Assembly (NCBI GenBank): GCA_017625275.1
Contig: JAGALI010000241.1
Span: 1-27,446, forward strand
Length of the DNA: 27,446 nt
Origin: Clostridia bacterium
GTDB lineage: Bacteria > Bacillota > Clostridia > Oscillospirales > CAG-272
Reading direction: 5' to 3'
The notes beneath the pieces were generated by a model that saw only the letters and a program-made list of their open reading frames with translations, made no database searches and was not told the origin of the DNA. Both the position numbers and the translations under genes were made by a program. Shown here one piece after another: positions 17,029 to 22,859 of the stretch (position 1 is its first letter; every line of letters begins with the position of its first letter).

Positions 17029-17057
17029 ATTTTATCACATTTATTTACTCTTGTAAA
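17029..17057 (-). promoter_or_regulatory. Promoter of the WYL-mntP unit
   Basis: Minus strand TTTACA-17 bp-TAAAAT with extended -10 TG. Confidence 0.6.
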
Positions 17058-17089
17058 TACCTTAGACAAAATTAGACGCTTTTAGCAAA

Positions 17090-17120
17090 AAAGAGATTTT
17101 GCGCGACGCAAAATCTCTTT
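17090..17120. terminator. Intrinsic terminator after rubrerythrin
   Basis: AAAGAGATTTTGCG-CGA-CGCAAAATCTCTTT, perfect 14-bp stem. Confidence 0.85.
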
Positions 17121-17145
17121 AATCTGTTTAATTAACGCACCCTGC

Positions 17146-17691
17146 TTAATAGTTTTCAGCGTGAATTTCAAAGTATGCCTTTGGATGTGCACAGGTTGGG
17201 CAAATCTCTGGAGCCTTTGTACCAACAACAATGTGTCCACAGTTACGGCACTCCCAAACCTTAACCTCGCTCTTTTCAAATACCTGAGCAGTCTCTACAT
17301 TCTTAAGAAGCGCACGATATCTCTCCTCGTGATGCTTCTCAACTGCTGCAACAAGACGGAACTTTCTAGCAAGCTCTGGGAAGCCCTCCTCGTCAGCAAC
17401 CTTAGCAAATTCTGCATACATATCTGTCCACTCGTAGTTTTCGCCATCAGCAGCAGACTCAAGGTTAAAGGCAGTATCTCCAAGGCCATTTAGCTCCTTG
17501 AACCACATCTTTGCGTGCTCCTTCTCGTTCTCTGCTGTCTTTAAGAAGAGTGCACTGATTTGCTCATAGCCCTCCTTCTTTGCAACTGATGCAAAGTAGG
17601 TGTACTTGTTTCTAGCCTCACTCTCACCAGAAAAGGCTGCCTTCAAATTCTGCTCCGTTTTTGTGCCTGCGTACTTGTTTTCTCTAATCAT
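17146..17691 (-). CDS. rbr: Rubrerythrin
   Basis: Di-iron motifs [35 protein letters not shown]; C-terminal rubredoxin-like CRNCG..CPTC; RBS AGAGGAG. Confidence 0.97.
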   Translation of the reverse strand: MIRENKYAGTKTEQNLKAAFSGESEARNKYTYFASVAKKEGYEQISALFLKTAENEKEHAKMWFKELNGLGDTAFNLESAADGENYEWTDMYAEFAKVADEEGFPELARKFRLVAAVEKHHEERYRALLKNVETAQVFEKSEVKVWECRNCGHIVVGTKAPEICPTCAHPKAYFEIHAENY

Positions 17692-17815
17692 TTCTATTTC
17701 TCCTCTTGATTTATTATTGATTGCCCTTCGGCTTTTTCAATCATTTTAAGCTAACACCCCCAAGGGTGTGTCGATTTAAGGCGCTTTTCTAATAGTTTTT
17801 TTGCTCCTTATTTAT

Positions 17816-17844
17816 ATTTTACCACTTATGCCCAAAAATATCAA
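17816..17844 (-). promoter_or_regulatory. Rubrerythrin promoter
   Basis: Minus strand TTGATA-17 bp-TAAAAT with extended -10 TG, about 125 bp upstream of the start. Confidence 0.6.
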
Positions 17845-17872
17845 GAAAAACTAAAAAAAATTATAAAAAACA

Positions 17873-17896
17873 AAAAGCAGGACAATGCCTGCTTTT
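17873..17896 (-). terminator. Intrinsic terminator after icd
   Basis: AAAAGCAGG-ACAATG-CCTGCTTTT with a long T-run following on the minus strand. Confidence 0.85.
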
Positions 17897-17899
17897 AAT

Positions 17900-19117
17900 T
17901 TATGCGAGCTTTTTCTCAAGTCTTTCTCTTATAGCCTTGATAAATTCGATGGTGTTTACAGCCTTAACCTGTGTACCCTCTACAACAAGTCCTACAAGGT
18001 CCTTTGTCATAATTCCATCGTTCAATGTATCAATGCAAGCCTCCTCAAGCTTATCTGCGAAGCTAACAAGGTCGCCAAGGCCGTCAAGCTCTCCACGCTT
18101 ACGAAGCGCGCCACTCCAAGCGTAGATTGTTGCCATTGGGTTGGTTGAGGTTTCCTCGCCCTTGAGGTAACGATAATAGTGTCTTGTAACTGTTCCGTGT
18201 GCTGCCTCATACTCATACTGACCATTAGGAGATACAAGCACAGAGGTCATCATAGCAAGTGAGCCAAACGCGGTTGATACCATGTCGGACATTACATCTC
18301 CGTCATAGTTCTTGCACGCCCAAATGTAGCCACCCTCTGAACGAATTACGCGCGCTACTGCGTCGTCGATTAGTGTATAGAAGTATTCAATTCCAAGCTC
18401 CTCGAACTTAGCCTTGTATTCGTTATCAAAAATCTCTTGGAAAATGAGCTTGAAGGTTTGGTCATACTGCTTTGAAATTGTATCCTTTGTAGCGAACCAA
18501 AGGTCCTGCTTTGTTTGAATTGCATAATTGAAGCAGGAGTGAGCGAAGGAGCGAATAGAGCTATCCTTATTGTACTGACCCTGAAGCACGCCTGGGCACT
18601 CAAAGTCGTAGATTGTCTTTCTGAAGCTCTCATTTCCGTCCTTGTCTGTAAACACAAGCTCAGCCTTACCCTCTGCTGGCACTCTATGCTCTGTTGCCTT
18701 GTAAACATCACCATATGCGTGACGGGCGATTGTGATAGGCTTCTTCCAGTTGCGAACAGCTGGCTTAATTGAGTCTATAAGAATAGGTGCACGGAAAACA
18801 GTACCATCAAGAATTGCACGAATAGTACCATTAGGGCTCTTCCACATTTCTGTGAGGTTATATTCCTCTACTCTTTGCTTGTTAGGGGTGATGGTTGCGC
18901 ACTTAACTGCAACACCATACTTTTGGTTTGCGTATGCCGAATCATATGTAACCTTATCCTTGGTGCGCTCTCTTTCTGGCAAGCCAAGGTCGTAATATTC
19001 TGTCTTTAGGTCGATAAAAGGCAAAAGAAGCTCGTCCTTTATCATTTTCCAGATAATTCTGGTCATTTCATCTCCGTCCATCTCAACGAGGGGAGTTGTC
19101 ATTTTGATTTTTTCCAT
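17900..19117 (-). CDS. icd: NADP-dependent isocitrate dehydrogenase (type II)
   Basis: [80 protein letters not shown]. Confidence 0.97.
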   Translation of the reverse strand: MEKIKMTTPLVEMDGDEMTRIIWKMIKDELLLPFIDLKTEYYDLGLPERERTKDKVTYDSAYANQKYGVAVKCATITPNKQRVEEYNLTEMWKSPNGTIRAILDGTVFRAPILIDSIKPAVRNWKKPITIARHAYGDVYKATEHRVPAEGKAELVFTDKDGNESFRKTIYDFECPGVLQGQYNKDSSIRSFAHSCFNYAIQTKQDLWFATKDTISKQYDQTFKLIFQEIFDNEYKAKFEELGIEYFYTLIDDAVARVIRSEGGYIWACKNYDGDVMSDMVSTAFGSLAMMTSVLVSPNGQYEYEAAHGTVTRHYYRYLKGEETSTNPMATIYAWSGALRKRGELDGLGDLVSFADKLEEACIDTLNDGIMTKDLVGLVVEGTQVKAVNTIEFIKAIRERLEKKLA

Positions 19118-19150
19118 AGTTATTCTCCGTTTTATTTAATTGCTTGTACT

Positions 19151-19179
19151 ATTTTACATTAAAATTTTAAATTTTTCAA
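19151..19179 (-). promoter_or_regulatory. icd promoter
   Basis: Minus strand TTGAAA-17 bp-TAAAAT. Confidence 0.65.
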
Positions 19180-19236
19180 GGGGGTAACAAGAAATAAACG
19201 ACTTATTCTTTTAGAATATTACTAAAAATTAATAAA

Positions 19237-19254
19237 GCGCACCACAGGGTGCGC
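19237..19254 (-). terminator. Intrinsic terminator after the DUF4091 gene
   Basis: GCGCACC-(4 nt)-GGTGCGC followed on the minus strand by TTTATTAATTTTT. Confidence 0.7.
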
Positions 19255-19259
19255 CCTAT

Positions 19260-20876
19260 TTATTTCGCTAGCGCCCTTTGGGCGAGCCTTCTTATCCTTT
19301 TAAGAGCTTTTATGCTATGAGGATAATCGGTAAATGTCCTTTTAAAGCCGTTTTCAAGAAGAAGCGCCTCGGCACCCTCTCTTCCTATTTTCTCCTCTAA
19401 GCGCTTAAAGAGCATATAGTCCTGTATTGCATCATAAAAGTTTTCGTGGCGAATGGAATCAAGCGCGCCGTCCTTGCCTGGATAAACAGAAAACGCATCT
19501 CCGCTTTGCAGTCCTCCTCCACAATCTGTAATCAAATATGGGTCAACAGCCTCATCGGAAAGAACTGAGTTGTAGAAATTATAGCCCCAGTGCAAAAAGC
19601 CCTTAATATCGTTTAGGTACATTTGCATGCCAAGCACCCTTATTCTCTCTCCAGACATCGACATGTATCTGTTAGATAGGTAGGAGTGTGTCTCTGCACA
19701 GCAATAATAAGCCCACAAATTTGGGGTTTTATTATCAAGAAAGGCTTGAATATGCGCTGTTGAGGAAATGGCACCATCAACAAGCCCCTGCTTGTAAAAC
19801 TCGTAGTGGCTAAGTGCGTCCATTACTGGAGCATCTGGTGCATATTTTTTGAAAATTCTTCTTGCGCTTTTATAGTCCTCAAGACACTGCTCATTTGGCT
19901 CATCGGAGATATGGAAGCGACAATCCTGATATAGCCCTTCCTTCTTCAGTGTGGCAACAAGCTGAGGTAAAAATGCGCCCAAAAACGCCTCGTATTCCTC
20001 TCCTACTGCACGACTCTCCCAGCCAAAAATGCGCCTTACTCTTCCGTTCACCTTGGCCACTATTTTCGGTGCAAATTTCGCACCCCATTGGGTAAATAGA
20101 TGGCTCATTTCAAAGTACTTAATGCCAAGCTCCCTTACCTTTTTCATAAAGGAAATTAAGCGTGCAAAATCAAATTCATATCCAGCCTCTGTCTTGGTAA
20201 CATCGACAAGCTGTACAGTCAGCCTTTCCTTTCCCATTCTTGTGTCAAGTGGTGGGGTGAACATAGGCACTAAAAGCATATTCATTCCATGTCTTACGGC
20301 ACAGCTTATAAAATTGTACATTATTTTGTTGTATTTGGGTGAGAACACCTTCAAATTATAATACTGGGCAAGACCATCATAATGAAACCAGTTTGTATAT
20401 ACAAGAGTGCTTTCTCCTAGATAAAAATCGAGGACCGTAACCTTATATTCTGCTTTTCCGATAACATATCCATTTTGCTCAAGCGAAATTTCTATTGGGT
20501 ATTCACCTGGGGTTAAATCGCCCTTTATGGTAAACCATATACTATTGTATGAGCCTAATCTTGCCGTTGGCTTACGCTTCTCGCAGGAGCACAAAACATC
20601 TGGGCATAAAAATGGCTTTTTGGTTAAATAATAGTCATCCGTTGCGCCTAGAACAGGAGTTGTGCAGGGAACATATTCAACCTGTCTGTAGGTTATGTAC
20701 TTTTTTATCGGACTTTTTATCTTTACCTCTATTTCCTTTTGAAGCCACTCTATTTTATACGCAACCTGAAAGGACAAGGTCTCATCCCTTGCCATTGTGT
20801 TCTCCCTTTCAACCATTTTAGGTCTTTTGTCTATAAGCACCCTTTCCTCAGCGCATATTGTATAAATTTCGTTCAT
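19260..20876 (-). CDS. DUF4091-domain glycoside hydrolase (GH123-like, putative beta-N-acetylgalactosaminidase/hexosaminidase)
   Basis: HISDEP (D325-E326 pair), WAYYCC, GFLHWGYNFY, GDAFSVYPG..SIRHE..DAIQDY (DUF4091 C-terminus); no signal peptide; RBS AGGAGG. Confidence 0.75.
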   Translation of the reverse strand: MNEIYTICAEERVLIDKRPKMVERENTMARDETLSFQVAYKIEWLQKEIEVKIKSPIKKYITYRQVEYVPCTTPVLGATDDYYLTKKPFLCPDVLCSCEKRKPTARLGSYNSIWFTIKGDLTPGEYPIEISLEQNGYVIGKAEYKVTVLDFYLGESTLVYTNWFHYDGLAQYYNLKVFSPKYNKIMYNFISCAVRHGMNMLLVPMFTPPLDTRMGKERLTVQLVDVTKTEAGYEFDFARLISFMKKVRELGIKYFEMSHLFTQWGAKFAPKIVAKVNGRVRRIFGWESRAVGEEYEAFLGAFLPQLVATLKKEGLYQDCRFHISDEPNEQCLEDYKSARRIFKKYAPDAPVMDALSHYEFYKQGLVDGAISSTAHIQAFLDNKTPNLWAYYCCAETHSYLSNRYMSMSGERIRVLGMQMYLNDIKGFLHWGYNFYNSVLSDEAVDPYLITDCGGGLQSGDAFSVYPGKDGALDSIRHENFYDAIQDYMLFKRLEEKIGREGAEALLLENGFKRTFTDYPHSIKALKRIRRLAQRALAK

Positions 20877-20913
20877 TTGTTTTCCTCCTAGATATATCTA
20901 GCTCTCTAAAAAG

Positions 20914-20942
20914 ATTATATAAAAAATTCCCACTAAAATCAA
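20914..20942 (-). promoter_or_regulatory. Promoter of the DUF4091 gene
   Basis: Minus strand TTGATT-17 bp-TATAAT. Confidence 0.7.
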
Positions 20943-20952
20943 GTAGTAAAAG

Positions 20953-20977
20953 AAAAAAACACCCACGCTTGTGAGTG
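20953..20977 (-). terminator. Distal terminator closing the tRNA/repeat region
   Basis: Minus strand CACTCAC-AAGC-GTGGGTG-TTTTTTT (one G.U pair). Confidence 0.7.
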
Positions 20978-21091
20978 ATTGCTTTATTCTTTGTTTTGCT
21001 AGATTCTCGCCTTTGGCGATGATTGACGCTTTGCTTAAATCGAACCAGATTCTTGTCGAAGACAAGAAGGCTGTCCGAAGACGCTTCCTCG

Positions 21092-21130
21092 CACAAAAAA
21101 AGGACACCGAATTGGTGTCCTTTTTTTGTG
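21092..21130. terminator. Terminator-like hairpin of repeat unit 2
   Basis: CACAAAAAAAGGACACC-GAATT-GGTGTCCTTTTTTTGTG, perfect 17-bp stem, T-runs on both strands. Confidence 0.8.
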
Positions 21131-21230
21131 GTGGGGGAAGCTGGATGATCGCCTTTGGCGATGATTGACGCTTCACTTAAATCGAACCAGAGTCTTGCGA
21201 GCAAGACCTGGTACGAAGACGTTTCCCTAT

Positions 21231-21275
21231 CATAACAGAAAAGCGAGTACACTTGGTGCTCGCTTTTCTGTTATG
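21231..21275. terminator. Terminator-like hairpin directly after tRNA-Tyr (repeat unit 1)
   Basis: CATAACAGAAAAGCGAG-(11 nt)-CTCGCTTTTCTGTTATG, perfect 17-bp stem. Confidence 0.8.
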
Positions 21276-21358
21276 GTGGGGGAAGCTGGATTCGGACCAG
21301 CGAAGTCAGTGACAACAGATTTACAGTCTGCCCCCTTTGGCCGCTCGGGAATTCCCCC
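21274..21358 (-). tRNA. tRNA-Tyr (GUA), CCA encoded
   Basis: GGGGGAATTCCCGAGCGGCCAAAGGGGGCAGACTGTAAATCTG...CGAATCCAGCTTCCCCCACCA; long variable arm; anticodon at 21322-21324. Confidence 0.97.
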
Positions 21359-21374
21359 ATATAAATCGCGAGAT

Positions 21375-21449
21375 TGGAGCTGGTGATCGGAGTCGAACCA
21401 ACAACCTGCTGATTACAAATCAGCTGCTCTGCCATTGAGCCACACCAGC
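21375..21449 (-). tRNA. tRNA-Thr (UGU), CCA encoded
   Basis: GCTGGTGTGGCTCAATGGCAGAGCAGCTGATTTGTAATCAGCAGGTTGTTGGTTCGACTCCGATCACCAGCTCCA. Confidence 0.97.
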
Positions 21450-21471
21450 ATAATATCTCGCGACGGTTGTT

Positions 21472-21500
21472 ATTTTAACATATATTTTTTTACTTGTCAA
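21472..21500 (-). promoter_or_regulatory. Promoter of the tRNA-Thr/tRNA-Tyr operon
   Basis: Minus strand TTGACA-17 bp-TAAAAT with extended -10 TG. Confidence 0.85.
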
Positions 21501-21548
21501 TATGTTTTTTTATTTTTTTAAAAGAATTTTTATATTTCTCCTTTTTAA

Positions 21549-21577
21549 TTGACACACGACCTTTAAGATTGTATAAT
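21549..21577 (+). promoter_or_regulatory. Divergent promoter of the methyltransferase-lipoprotein unit
   Basis: Perfect TTGACA-17 bp-TATAAT. Confidence 0.85.
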
Positions 21578-21611
21578 ATAAATAACTTACTATTTTGACA
21601 AAGAGGTGCTT

Positions 21612-22217
21612 ATGACTGACCTGCTTGCTTTGCAAAAAAGCTTTATTTTATCACACCTTGGAAAGGGTGATGTGTGTGCAGATTTCACGATGGGAAATGG
21701 ACATGACACTCTTTTTCTATCAAGGACCGTTGGTGAAAACGGCAGGGTGTATGCCTTTGATATTCAGCCTAGTGCGCTTGAGAGCACAAGTGCCCGTCTT
21801 ATAAGCGAGGGTGCGCCACAAAATTACACGCTAATAAATGACAGCCACTCAAATCTTAAGCTTTACATCAAGGAAAAAATCAAGGCTGGAATGTTCAATC
21901 TCGGTTATTTGCCAGGCAGTGGCAATAAAAATATAACCACCATGCGTGAAACGACAATTCCTGCCGTGCTTGGTGCGATTGATTTGCTTGATGCGCGCTC
22001 AATCTTACTTGTTGCCGTTTATCCAGGGCACGAAGAGGGAGATGCTGAGGGGCGCGAGCTTGATGCGCTTTTCGAGAAAATCGACCGTCACGCAATAAGT
22101 GTTATGAGAATTAAAATTATTAATTCCCCCACCTCTCCATATTTCTTTGTGCTTGAGACTGGAAAAATAAGTATTCAAGAATACAAGGATACATATGGTA
22201 CAATTTTTGAAAAATAA
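21612..22217 (+). CDS. mnmM: Class I SAM-dependent methyltransferase, YtqB/MnmM-like (PF06962-type)
   Basis: DFTMGNGHDTLFL, VYAFDIQ, DSH, MFNLGYLPG, AVYPGHEEG. ATG 21612 is preferred over GTG 21606 because the GAGG RBS overlaps the GTG. Symbol tentative. Confidence 0.75.
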   Translation: MTDLLALQKSFILSHLGKGDVCADFTMGNGHDTLFLSRTVGENGRVYAFDIQPSALESTSARLISEGAPQNYTLINDSHSNLKLYIKEKIKAGMFNLGYLPGSGNKNITTMRETTIPAVLGAIDLLDARSILLVAVYPGHEEGDAEGRELDALFEKIDRHAISVMRIKIINSPTSPYFFVLETGKISIQEYKDTYGTIFEK

Positions 22218-22226
22218 GGAGCGTTT

Positions 22227-22790
22227 ATGAAAAAGATTTTATGTCTTATAATTTGTGTCCTATCTGCCTTGTCTCTTTGCTCCTGCTCCAGCTGTGAAAG
22301 AGATGATGAGGGTGGCACTCTTGCTGTTCCTGTGTTGACAATTAGCGAATTTGGCGAGGTTAGCTGGGAAGCGCAAGGGGGCGCTGTTGGATACGAATAC
22401 AAAATAAACGATGGTGAGCCCGTTTTTGTTGAGCACACCGTAAATAAGATATTAATTCTCTCTGGTGAGAGCATTTGCGTGCGCGCGCTTGGTGATGGCG
22501 AAAAATACACATCAAGCGAATGGAGCGAGGCGATTACAAGAGGTCTTATTCAGCTACCCAAGCCTATCGTTACCTCTAAGGAGGTTGGCGAGCAGGTTTT
22601 GGTGCTTTGGGAAAAGAACGCCAGGGCAAGTGGCTATATTATTCGCATAAATGATGGAGAGGAAATCTCCGTTGAAGGCGACTCCGAGGGCTATCTTATC
22701 AGCAAGAACGACACTATATATGTTCGTGCTAAGGGTGATGGCGTTGCCTTTGCTGATAGTGATTGGACCATTGTAGGGGCTGTTAAATAA
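22227..22790 (+). CDS. Small lipoprotein with two fibronectin type III-like repeats
   Basis: Signal peptide ending in LSLCSC; repeats P..W..A.GY..INDG..VRA.GDG..S.W occur twice; RBS AAGGAG overlapping the upstream stop. Confidence 0.7.
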   Translation: MKKILCLIICVLSALSLCSCSSCERDDEGGTLAVPVLTISEFGEVSWEAQGGAVGYEYKINDGEPVFVEHTVNKILILSGESICVRALGDGEKYTSSEWSEAITRGLIQLPKPIVTSKEVGEQVLVLWEKNARASGYIIRINDGEEISVEGDSEGYLISKNDTIYVRAKGDGVAFADSDWTIVGAVK

Positions 22791-22826
22791 GCGCAGAACA
22801 AAAGTAGACAAGCTCGCTTTAAAGCA

Positions 22827-22856
22827 AAAAGACACAATCGCAGGATTGTGTCTTTT
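22827..22856. terminator. Bidirectional terminator between convergent genes
   Basis: AAAAGACACAATC-GCAG-GATTGTGTCTTTT. Confidence 0.88.
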
Positions 22857-22859
22857 CTT

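Larger units (their letters stand above)
21007..21291. repeat. Tandem repeat of two 142-145 bp units attached to the tRNA-Tyr 3' end
   Basis: Cores at 21007 and 21149 are 46/49 nt identical (TCGCCTTTGGCGATGATTGACGCTTnnCTTAAATCGAACCAGAnTCTTG); the 18-mer TGGTGGGGGAAGCTGGAT occurs at 21129-21146 and 21274-21291 (tRNA 3' end). Confidence 0.9.

Noticed and set aside
20848-21252. ORFs of 134, 92 and 65 aa crossing the repeat array
   Set aside because: No convincing RBS, starts fall inside hairpins or repeat cores, several frames overlap, and the 134-aa ORF overlaps the DUF4091 promoter and start. A small peptide cannot be fully excluded without Ribo-seq.
21007-21291. tRNA-linked repeats as a CRISPR array
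   Set aside because: Only two units, a conserved block of ~50-80 nt, variable parts that are terminator-like hairpins rather than unique spacers, and no cas genes.
21129-21291. 18-bp tRNA 3' duplication as attL/attR of a prophage or ICE
   Set aside because: Only 127 bp separate the copies and no integrase or phage gene is in the window; kept only as a possible non-autonomous element.
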